Of a stretch of DNA of 64,000 nt, positions 11,998 through 22,442 are shown in pieces. Position numbers and translations under genes: made by a program. The first letter of the stretch is position 1. Each line of letters begins with the position of its first letter. The DNA comes from Octopus sinensis (Eukaryota), in assembly GCF_006345805.1 (NCBI RefSeq), contig NC_043006.1, positions 89,962,001 through 90,026,000 on the forward strand. Direction: 5' to 3'. Under the pieces are notes generated by a model that saw nothing but the letters and a program-made list of their open reading frames with translations, did no database searches and was not told the DNA's origin.

Positions 11998-12823
11998 AAC
12001 TGAAGATAATCAACCTTTCAACCAAACTTCTCTCTAACATAAAAATTGACATCCTCTCAAAAGGACTCAAATTTACGCCAACTCCATGCAGAGCCAACCA
12101 AAATGAAGTCAATGGAAGGAACTGATAGAACTTCAAAATGATGAAGATATAACCATTAAGGAAGCAGACAAAGGAAGTACAGTTGTAATAATGGATACAT
12201 TATACTATAGAAATCTTGTAATTTCCTTGCTTGATGACAATCAACATTATGAAAAAATCACCCTGCAAAAAATAATGAACACTCTCTCCTCACTAATTAA
12301 ACCCCATGAAAAGGGACTGACAACCAAAGAGATTGACTTTCTAACAAACTTTAAATGCAAAACTAGCTTCTTCTATGGTCTTCCAAAAATACATAAAAGC
12401 CAAATTATAAATGAAACCATTAAAAAAATCACCAAAGACATACATACACACACCTAACCTGGGGGACCTAAAACTACGATCAAATCTAATTTTACTTGTG
12501 CTTCTGAAAACATAATTTATGTCATAAGGTGCTCGGGCTGCCACCAAAACTACGTGGGGTCCACGGGATTATCACTCAGATGTAGATGCACTCTGCATCG
12601 ACAACAGATTGCATTCCGAGAATACAGAATGATACCCTTCAGTGAGCATATTGAGAAATGTGCAAAGCAACTACTTCCACAATTTTTAATCTCTCCATTC
12701 TATCAATGTGCTATTGGAACACCGACACAAATTAGATTAAACAAGAAAACATTCTTCATTGAAAAATATAAGCCTGAACTTAACCATCCTAACATTCTTA
12801 TACAGAGAAACTCATCTCATTAA
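11998..12823 (+). pseudogene. Internally deleted Penelope-like ORF: N-terminal motifs fused to a GIY-YIG endonuclease, RT core missing
   Basis: KIINLS..LSKGLKFTPTP, IKEADKGSTVVIMD, FYGLPKIHK, DLKLR, then directly NFTCASENIIYVIRCSGC..YVGST..HRQQI..HIEKC. The element spans about 11780-13150 between (TA)n tracts. Confidence 0.85.
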
Positions 12824-13149
12824 ATAAGGGAAAAGAAATATAAAGCGATTATCTCCCTTATACCGGAAGAAATCGCTTATTACCTCCCCCTGCCTGGAAC
12901 TCTTCTTTGCACTGCATAACGAAGACATGACATGACGTAGGTAAAGACATTTGAGATATTAGAAAAGTTAACACGAAACCGGTAATTTCTTCAAAAGTTA
13001 TGTTACTATATGCAAAATTTTATAACATTCTTCTAACATAACGACTTAAATATATTCTTTAACCTTATAAAACAAGCCTTCTGTAGTTTTTTCACTCTTT
13101 TCTATTTTCTATATATCCAACCATGTGCTTTGACACACCTACATTCTCA

Positions 13150-13205
<56 letters not shown>

Positions 13206-13208
<3 letters not shown>

Positions 13209-13600
13209 ATATATATAAAACTGAGAATGTGTGTCTGTCTGTCTGTCTGTGTGTTTCTTTAAAACTTGAGCACTACACAACCAATGTCATTCAAATTTTA
13301 CACAAGCCTTACTTAGGGTCTGGGGAGTGTCATTGGCAAAAATAATTTATAACTTTTTGCCTAGGGCGAGTCCACAGCAATATCATATCTTCTCCACTAT
13401 GATTCCCTAAAACTTGAGAACTACACAACCAATTTCAATCAAATTTTACACATGCCTTAATTAGGGTCCATGTAGTGTCATGGGGAAAAAAATGTTTAAC
13501 TTTTTGCCAAGGGCGAGCCCACAGCAATATCATATCTTCTCCACTATTTCAGTATTACGTGTTAAAAGTTTAACAAAAACATCACTCTATTGTATGTATA
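13206..13600 (+). mobile_element. Helitron/DINE-like 5' portion with an internal 148-bp tandem duplication
   Basis: TCTATATATATAAAACTG start like 9989, (GTCT)n, and units 13260-13400 and 13408-13547. No CTAG end seen. Confidence 0.55.
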
Positions 13601-13717
13601 AGGATGTATATATATATATATATATGTTACAAAATATAAAGTTATATCTTGAGATCGTTAGTGACAACAACACTAAAAATATATAACAGACTGGAATAGT
13701 AGTGCTCAAATGAGCTG

Positions 13718-14777
13718 TATACACTTTTTAATCCGAGAGGAGGCAATGCGAGCAGCAACTACAAGGACACTACAAAATCCACAGAAAGATCAAACACATA
13801 CATATATTCATTTATATCTACAGAACAGATATAAAGCCCGACGTTTAGAAATATATAGTAATATATAAATATATAAACATCATATAAAAATATATTGTAC
13901 ACATAAGATCCACTCGACGTTCCATAAGAAATTTAGAAATAAAAATAGCAATAAAAGTTAGAGGTAATAATAACAATTGAATTAAATATAGTAAATATAG
14001 TAAGTAGTTATTAAAATAAAACTAAAGTATGGTAATTAAATTGTAATATAACAATTAAAAGAAAAAATAGCAATTAGTATAAAATGTATCAAGGACTTGA
14101 ACTGGAATATGTATCTTTGCATGAATGGGAGAAATTAAAAGATTAAAATTAAATTAAGTGCAGAAGTGAATTAGTCCAGATGGAGCTGTGTGCATACCAT
14201 TTACTATGGCTGCTAGATTGAATTATATGCTTATAAAGTAGCATTCAGTATCTATGAGAATTTTGGGGAGTACGTAATGTCTAGTCTTTCGCATGTGTTG
14301 TGTGTAAAAAACATCCTGACGAGGGGAGTGTCAATTTTAAATATATGATATGTTTCATATTAATTGGCGCATCTCTGAAACGGCCTGTAGATGAACTTTT
14401 ATGTATTTTTGTAAATTTGTATATTTATCTTCTATGTATTTTTCTCTGGAATTTTAATTCGTCTTTTTAATATGTCTTTGTATGTTTTATTACCCCAAAT
14501 GTTTAATTTAACAAATTTATACCAAATGTTTTACGACTTTAAGCGCAAATTCAAGTTGTTATATATGCAACATTGATTCTCTTATATATTTATATATTTT
14601 TATATGATGTTTATATATTTATATATTACTATATATTTCTAAACGTCGGGCTTTATATCTGTTCTGTAGATATAAATGAATATATGAATATATGTATGTG
14701 TTTGATCCTTCTGTGGATTTTGTAGTGCTCTTTTAGTTGCTGCTCGCATTGCCTCCCCTCAGATTAAAAAGTGTATA
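13718..14777 (+). mobile_element. Non-coding PLE-type insertion with 180-bp inverted termini and an internal hammerhead
   Basis: 13718-13895 is the reverse complement of 14592-14777; ends in (TA)n; no ORF. Confidence 0.75.
14312..14393 (+). ncRNA. Type I hammerhead ribozyme, intact core
   Basis: Stem I CATC/GATG; CTGACGA (14316-22); long stem II GGGGAGTGTCAATT/AATTGGCGCATCTCT; GAAAC-GGCCT-GTA; predicted cleavage after A14389. Confidence 0.85.
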
Positions 14778-14839
14778 TATATATATATATATATATGAAT
14801 AAAAAATGGAGTTAACGCAGGTTTAAACAAGTATTTTTA

Positions 14840-14923
14840 CTTTCGACACATGTTTCGAAAATTCCACTGATACTATTCAAAAGAATAAATGGTATAAACA
14901 AGGCAATCTTCTCTTTGGGAAAG
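14840..14923 (-). ncRNA. Hammerhead motif in the inverted pLTR copy, degenerate core CCAAAGA
   Basis: Reverse complement reads CTTTC-CCAAAGA-GAAGATT...AATTTTC-GAAAC-ATGT-GTC-GAAAG. Confidence 0.65.
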
Positions 14924-15029
14924 TGAAAAAAACGAAACTCGTCAATACGACATTTTAGCAAAAAATGATGGATTTGTATAGCAATAGACAGAACGCTATT
15001 AATATTGTTTTAAAAAAAATGTTATATTA

Positions 15030-16941
15030 TTTGGAATTACTTAAAAAAGAAATTCAGAAAAAGTATAAAATTGCTGATAAAAGAATACTTAAGAAAGCCA
15101 ACATTGAGGCTATGAAAATCATGGAGAAATATAACCTACAAATGAAGACAGAACCACTTGTTCCTAAGCAACCTCGGTTCATTTTGAAGGATCACAAACC
15201 AAATTTTTTTACTAACCCATCATTAAGGCTTATCTGCCCTTCTAGCTCTGACATCGGTATCCTTAGTAAAAATATACTAGATAAATATATTCCTAATTTA
15301 ATCAAAACATTAAAACTTAGTTTATGGACTAATTCATTTGAAGTAGTTGACTGGTTTAGGTCTATTAACAGTAAGGTGAGTACTAAGTTTATCCAGTTTG
15401 ATATCTCCAATTTTTATTCGTCTATTAATCCAATAGTACTTAATAAGGCACTTTGGCTTGCTCATAACAAAGCTGGTCTCACCTGAGAAGAAATTAATGT
15501 TGTGTTGGCAGCCAGAAGATCTATTATTAAATTTGATAAGTTGTGGGTCCGTAAAGACACACCAGATAGTTTCAATATACCAATGGGAAGTTCTGATTCA
15601 GCACAGATAGCTGATTTGGTCTGTATATATATTCTTTTTGAAATGGCTGAAGAGTTCCCTAACATTTATGGAGGTCTATATCGTGATGATTGTTTACTTT
15701 ACCTCCAAAATGTTTCCAACCAAAAGGTACAAAAAGTTAAGAATAGTTTAGTTAATTTTTTCAGTAGAATGGGCTTAAAAATCGTTTTTGATGACGATAT
15801 GACAAAGGCCAACTTTTTAGATATTACGCTTAATTTACACAGTGACTCTTACTTCCCATATCCTAAACCGTTGACCAATCTTAAGTACATTAGCAAATTT
15901 AGTAATCATCCTGGAGCAATTACTAAGAATTTAGTTAGGAATATTTCATTTAGATTATCTAAATTATCTGCTAATGTTGATAATAACGCTGAATTCTATA
16001 ACTCTGCCTTAATCAAAGCAGGTTATACAGAAAAAATTTTCTACATTGATTCTGCTCAGTCTAATTGTAAATTCAATAATGTAGATAAGATTTCTAGTCA
16101 TAAAAGAATTATTGATAACAAACATAACTTACGCACCGATACAAAGCGAATGAAGGCAGATAACCCTTATTTAATCCCCTATTATCGATCTAAAAGTAAA
16201 TATAACACCTTCAGAAGTAATTACGCTATGAATACTAGTAAAAATATTTGGTTAATAATTCCTTACGGGAGACAAATTAAATCTAATCTCCCACTGCTGT
16301 TTCGTCAAGCTATTGCTAGGAATTTTCCAAACAATTCTAGATATTACTCTATAATTAATTCACATAAGGTTAGGATAGGTTTTTCAAACACAAAAAATCT
16401 CTTGCAAATTATATCTTCTCATAATAACAAACTGTTAAATATTAATACATTTACTAATACTAACATTAATTTAGCTAATACCATCCAACCCTCTAGAAAT
16501 ATTAATAACAAGGTTATTGTATCTGAAGTCAATTCCAATAGAATTAAATTTATGTCAAGTAACTCTAAGATTAAAAATTCTATATACCAGTGTATAATCA
16601 GTACTCGTAATAAAGTATGATTTTACATTGGAAGCACATCGTTAGAGTTATCTAAAAGAATTTCTATCCATTACTCAACATTTAGGGATAGAAATAAACG
16701 GAATAGTACCAGTCTCAGCAAACTGATTTGGGATTTAAAAGACCACAATGAACAATTTCATTTAGAATGATTGATCCTCTCAATTTCGATACCATATGAC
16801 AAAGGCAAGAAATTCTGTCTTCTCTGCAATTCTGAGCTATTTTTCATTATTTTTTCTAAAAATACTCTAGTAAACACGGTTATAGAATGAGCATACAGAT
16901 GTAAGCATTGGCAGAAACATACATTTAGTGCATATAAGTAG
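15030..16941 (+). pseudogene. PLE RT plus GIY-YIG ORF, one continuous frame with four in-frame TGA codons
   Basis: LKDHKPNF..NPSLRLICP, QFDISNFY, PMGSSDSAQIADLV, GLYRDD, NHPGAI, IYQC..FYIG, CLLCNSE, CKH. TGA at 15484, 16618, 16768 and 16888; TAG at 16939. Confidence 0.9.
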
Positions 16942-17144
16942 TCTCTATCATTATATATGATTTAAACTTTAATTTCCTTTATATTTAACATTCACTATTA
17001 ATATCCCTACTCTTTCTGTTAGCTACTTATGACGTTATATCATATAACATTTTTTTTAAACAATATTAATAGCGTTCTGTCTATCACTATACAAATCCAT
17101 CATATTTTGCTAAAATGTTGTATTGACGAGTTTCGTTTTTTTCA

Positions 17145-17228
17145 CTTTTCCGAAGAGAAGATTGCATTGTTTATACCATTTATTCTTTTGAATAGTATCA
17201 GTGGAATTTTCGAAACATGTGTCGAAAG
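17145..17228 (+). ncRNA. Type I hammerhead motif with CCGAAGA core (U4C)
   Basis: Stem I CTTTT/GAAAG; 7-bp stem II GAAGATT/AATTTTC; GAAAC-ATGT-GTC; predicted cleavage after C17223. Confidence 0.75.
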
Positions 17229-17418
17229 TAAAAATACTTGTTTAAACCTGCGTTAACTCCATTTTTTATTCATATTATTCAAAATATTCAACGTAAACAC
17301 GAAGTTTCAACCTTTATAAACAAGGAGTTACAACATCTTTACTTGTGAGATTTTTGCTGCCCTGGTAACTATTTATTTATTTTTCCGTGTTAATTGTTAA
17401 CAAGGTAAAAATACACTC

Positions 17419-17468
<50 letters not shown>

Positions 17469-17669
17469 ATATATGGATGTATATATATATATGTATATAT
17501 ATATAGCTGTATATGTATAGATGTATTTCCATAGATATACATGTATGTCTAGATGTATATTTATATAGATGTACATGTAATATGTACACACATATATACA
17601 CATATATACATGCATACATATATACACCCATACAAACATACATACACCCACCCACCCACACATACATAG

Positions 17670-17830
17670 GTACAGGTGTGGCTGTGTGGTAACAACCTTG
17701 GTTCCAAAACACATGGTCCTCAGTTCAGTCCCATTGTGTGGTAACTTGGCATGTGTCTTCTGCTATAGCCTCAGACCAACCAAAGCCTTGTCAGTGGATT
17801 TTGTAGACAGAAACTGAAAGAAATCAATTG
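17670..17830 (+). mobile_element. SINE family A head
   Basis: GGTGTGGCTGTGTGG..CAGTTCAGTCCC..GACAGAAACTGAAAGAA. Confidence 0.8.
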
Positions 17831-17893
17831 TAAGTATATGTATGTATATATGTAAGTCTATGTGTGTGTCTATATATATAGATATATATATAT

Positions 17894-17926
<33 letters not shown>

Positions 17927-17939
17927 GACAAGTGAGTGA

Positions 17940-18290
17940 ACCATCTGATTGTTGCCGTTGCCCGCGCCGCCCCGACTGGCCTCCGTGCTGGTGGCATGTA
18001 AAAAGCACCATCCGTTCGTGGCCGTTGCCAGCCTCGCCTGGCCCTCGTGCCTGTGGCACGTAAAAAGCACCATCCGTCCGTGGCCGTTTGCCAGCTACGT
18101 CTGGCACCTGTGCAGGTGGCACGTAAAAAGCATCCACTACACTCATGGAGTGGTTGGCGTTAGGAAGGGCATCCAGCCGTAGAAACACTGCCAGATCAGA
18201 CTGGGCCTGATGCAGCCTTCTGGCTTCACAGACCCCAATTGAACCGTCCAACCCATGCTAGCATGGAAAGCAGACGCTAAATGAAGATGA
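17940..18290 (+). mobile_element. RTE 3' tail
   Basis: Tandem GTGGCACGTAAAAAGCA units and CATGCTAGCATG end. Confidence 0.85.
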
Positions 18291-18496
18291 TATACATACA
18301 TACATATATACATATATATATATATACATACATATATATATATATATACATACGTATATATATATATACATACGTATATATATATATACATACATACATA
18401 TATATATATATACATACATATATATATATACATACATATATATATATACATACATATATATATATATACACATATATATATATACATATACATACA

Positions 18497-20385
18497 TTCA
18501 GTGTTGTAGACAGGGCTATTAGAGAAAAGAGACAGACTTGGAAGCACTGGAAGAATGGTGGTAGCAGGGAATTGTATCAGACTGCCAAAAGGGAAGCTAG
18601 GAGATAAGTCTATCTAGCCAGAGGGGAAGCAGATAAGAAAAAATTTGCCAATGTTCTGCGCTGTGAGGACCAAAGACTGGAGGTGTTTCGTGTTGCAAGA
18701 CAGTGTGTGAGAGAGAATTGTGATGTGGTAGGAGAGAAGCGTGTTCGCATGGAAGATGGTTCACTTGCACTAAATGAGGATGCAAAGAGAGAGGTTTGGA
18801 GACGCCACTATGAAAGGTTGCTGAATGAATGGGATAAAGAGAGTCTGCCGAATGTCGACCCAAGAGAGGGACCAGATATCCGAGTTGACAGTTCCTTGGT
18901 AGTTAAGGCAATTAGAAGCATGAAGACAGGGAAAGCCCCAAGCCCATCAGGAATCACTGCAGAGATGCTCAAAATAGCTGGTAGTGTCGGCTATAGCCTA
19001 GTCACCCATATAGTTAATCAGGTGATACACAAAGGAGTCATACCCAATGACTGGTGTAGCAGCATAATAGTCAACTGCTACAAAGGTAAAGGTGACGCCC
19101 TAGATACAAATAATTACAGAGGTATCAAGCTGTTGGATCAGGTAATGAAGGTTACGGAGAGGGTCATAGCCCAACTAATTAGAGAGAGAGTTAGTTTAGA
19201 TGAGATGCAGTTTGGGTTCGTGCCAGGGAAAAGTACCACTGATGCTATATTCCTGGTAAGGCAGCTGCAGGAGAAATACCTACCCAAAGCTAGGCCCCTG
19301 TACCTGGCTTTTGTTGACATGGAGAAAGCCTTCGACAGGGTCCCCCAATCCCTTATCTGGTGGTCAATGAGGAAACTAGGGATAGATGAATGATTAGTGA
19401 GAGCTGTGCGAGCCATGTACAGGGACGCTGCTAGTAAGGTGAGGGTTGGCAACGAGTACAGTGAAGAATTCCGGGTAGAAGTAGGATTCCACCAAGGCTC
19501 AGTCCTCAGCCCCCTCCAATTTATCATAGTCCTCCAGGCAATAACGGAGGAGTTCAAGACAGGATGCCTTTGGGAGCTCCTCTATGCTGATGACCTTGCT
19601 CTAATTGCTGAGTCACTACCAGAACTGGAGGAGAAGTTTCAGGTGTGGAAGCAAGGATTAGAATTGAAGGGCCTGGGATGAGGTGGTGAAGCACGACCTT
19701 CGAACTTTAGGTCTCACTGAGGAAATGACTAGAGACCGAGACCTCTGGAAGTATGCTGTGCGTGAGAAGACCCGGCAGGACAAGTGAGACCATAACCCGT
19801 GGCCTTCTACACGGGATGTAGCCAGTCGACTTATGCATACCTTCTCTTCTTGGGACACAAAACTCTACTTGTGAAGACCTGTTGAGGCAAGTGAGAAACA
19901 GAATCGAAATCGATCAATGGAAGTTACCAGTGCCGGTGGCACGTAAGAGAACCATCCAAACGTGGCCGTTGCCAGTGCCAACCCGACTGGCCTTGTGCCG
20001 GTGGCACGTAAAAAGCACCATCCGTTTGTGGCCGTTGCCAGACCCGCCCCGACTGGCCTCGTGCAAGTGGCATGTAAAAGGCACCATCCGTTCGTGGCCA
20101 TTGCCAGCCTCGCCTGGACCCCGTACCAGTGGCACATAAAAAGCACCATTCGATCGTGGCTGTTTGCCAGACCTGTCTGGCAACTGTGCCGGTGGCACGT
20201 AAAAAGCACCCACTACACTCATGGAGTGGTTGGCGTAAGGAAAGGCATCCAGCCGTAGAAACATTGCCAGATCAAACTGGGCCTGGTGCAGCCTTCTGGC
20301 TTCCCAGACCCCAGTTGAACCGTCCAACCCATGCTAGCATGGAAAGCGGACACTAAACAATGATGATGATGATGATGATGATGAT
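18497..20385 (+). mobile_element. RTE-clade LINE, 5'-truncated and internally deleted, with RT remnant and full 3' UTR
   Basis: Frame 18683-19681 with FVDMEKAFDRVP, HQGSVLSP and LLYADD, broken by one TGA; deletion near 19675; tandem about 65-bp units; (GAT)8 tail. Confidence 0.92.
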
Positions 20386-20450
20386 ATATATATATATATA
20401 GGAAAATGTGTTGTTGAAAACATTTTCCTACATATATATATGTTATATAT

Positions 20451-20598
20451 ATCATCATCATCATCATCATCGTTTAACGTCCGCTTTCCATGCTAGCATG
20501 GGTTGGACGGTTCAACTGGGGTCTGGGAAGCCAGGAGGCTGCACCAGGCCAGTCAGATCTGGCAGTGTTTCTACAGTTGGATGCCCTTCCTAACGCCA
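20451..20598 (-). mobile_element. RTE 3' tail, opposite orientation
   Basis: (CAT)n GTTTAACGTCCGCTTTCCATGCTAGCATG... Confidence 0.9.
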
Positions 20599-20620
20599 AA
20601 GCCCTTCCTGATATATATAT

Positions 20621-21737
20621 CAGACAAATAAGAAAATGTAGATAAATCAATTAAGTATCTTTATTAACTGCAAAACTAAACATAATCCCTAACAGCTGTT
20701 TTGATTCATACTTTAACGATTATAATTTTAATAATTAAATGATTTTATAAAGCAGAATCTCGTTAGAGGCAGAAAGAAAGATATACCAATTTATTATTAG
20801 GTGTTAAGTATACAGAATATTACAGCAAACCTAAGCATTGTTATATGGATAAGTTTGGTATAAAATTTTAAGTGGGGGGGGGGATAGGGTGCATATTTAA
20901 TGGGGAAGTAAATATGTATTAATATACTCTAGATAATAGTTAGAAGGTGTAAAGAGATATATAATAAATAGTAATTTCCCATGTATATAAGTATCATATT
21001 AATATTGGGGTAAATATATTTATAGTTTATGATTATAGAGATTAGCAATAAGTAGGAGTTATTAAGAGTAAAAAAAGGATTTATCTAATAGATTAAGTAC
21101 TTAGGTTTACAGGTGTGCAAATCAATGAGTAAAAAAATGGAAAAGGAATAAAATCATAGAAATATTTATATATACATATGTGACATATAAATAAATACAT
21201 TAGAATACTTGTATATATAGGTACATATATTAATTATCTAATTTTGCATACATGCTTATGCATATTCACATGTATATACATAATAAATATATGTAAATAA
21301 CTGTGTAGTAATTAAATGTGGAAAAAAAAATATAAATATGTAATTGTATGATTAATATATTAATATTTGTATTCATACACAAAAGTACCTGTGTTCAAAA
21401 AGAGTTCGATAAAACATGATAAACAATAATGGATTATTAAAAAAAATGTATTTGTAATACAACGTACCTATTATGGTAAGAAAACTAACACTCCTAAACA
21501 TATTTATATGTTTCAAACAGAAAATAGAAATACACATGGAAAAGATATGGAGAAAGTAAGAAGAAGAAAAAAATCGAAAATGCACGTTAAATATAAAAAA
21601 AATAAAGGCTTTTTTATGAAAAGTAATGATAAATAAATACAATTAGATGAACTGAGATAGAATTAAGAGGAATTAAATTCATTATTTTGAATTGTTAAAG
21701 AGATTCAAAGTCAAACCGGAGTCATCATTGCAGTTCA
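20621..21737 (-). mobile_element. Probable PLE 3' terminal (pLTR) insertion between (TA)n tracts
   Basis: Contains a decayed hammerhead; AT-rich and non-coding; (TA)n at both ends. Confidence 0.55.
20687..20769 (-). ncRNA. Decayed type I hammerhead motif (G5A, G12A)
   Basis: Reverse complement reads CCT-CTAACGA-GATTCTGCTTT...AAAGTATGAATC-AAAAC-AGCT-GTT-AGGG. Confidence 0.65.
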
Positions 21738-21754
21738 ATGGCTTTGAATGCACA

Positions 21755-21799
<45 letters not shown>

Positions 21800-21819
21800 G
21801 CATCTGTGTGTGTGTATAG

Positions 21820-22295
21820 ACTGAAAAAGCTACAACTCTACTCCCTGGAGCAAAGACGAGAAAGGTATGCAGTGATATATGTGTGGAAGATACTGGAGGG
21901 GATCGTGCCAAATTTTGGAATTGAGAATTGTACCAGACCTTGAATTGGACGCCACTGCACCATTCCAAAAGGCTTGGCTGTCTCATCTATGGTGAGGACC
22001 ATGTACTATAGCTTGGGATTCAAGGTCCCACAGTTACGTAATACCTTGCTAAAACATCTGAGGGATCTCCATGGAGTAGGGGTATATGTTTTCAAGAAAC
22101 AGCTTTACCTCTTGCTATTCAAGATCCTAGATGAACCAATATCAAAGTAGGAAACTCAAAACAGAACAACAGTGTCAAACTCCCTCCTTCACCAAAAGCC
22201 AATCACATAGAATTGGTCAATTAAAAGGTGATTACACTGATGGTGCTCCAGCATGGCAACAGCTTTAGGGCTGAAACATATAATAGAATAATAGA
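21820..22295 (+). mobile_element. CR1/L2-type LINE 3' end
   Basis: RLKKLQLYSLEQRRERYAVIYVWKILEG motif; 3' tail GGTGCTCCAGCATGGC..CAG...CTGAAAC shared with SINE family A. Confidence 0.75.
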
Positions 22296-22315
22296 ATGTG
22301 TATGTATATATATAT

Positions 22316-22442
22316 ATCATCATCATCATCGTTTAACGTCTGTTTTCCATGGGTTGGACGGTTTGACCGGTGTCTGGGAAGCCAGGAGGCTGCACCAAGC
22401 TCCAGTCTGATCTGGCAGTGTTTCTACAGCTGGATGCCCTTG
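22316..22442 (-). mobile_element. RTE 3' tail fragment
   Basis: (CAT)n GTTTAACGTC...GGATGCCCTT. Confidence 0.85.

Larger units (their letters stand above)
14793..17425 (+). mobile_element. Penelope-like element (C-terminal EN, Hydra-like motifs), 5'-truncated with inverted pseudo-LTR
   Basis: 14793-15027 is the reverse complement of 17042-17275; (TA)n on both sides; RT plus GIY-YIG frame inside. Confidence 0.9.

Noticed and set aside
12975-12984. GAAACCGGTA, 3' half of a hammerhead
   Set aside because: No CTGANGA with matching stems found upstream
14965-15029. ATG start of the 173-aa ORF
   Set aside because: Lies in the inverted pLTR copy, so it is a fortuitous in-frame extension and not the native start
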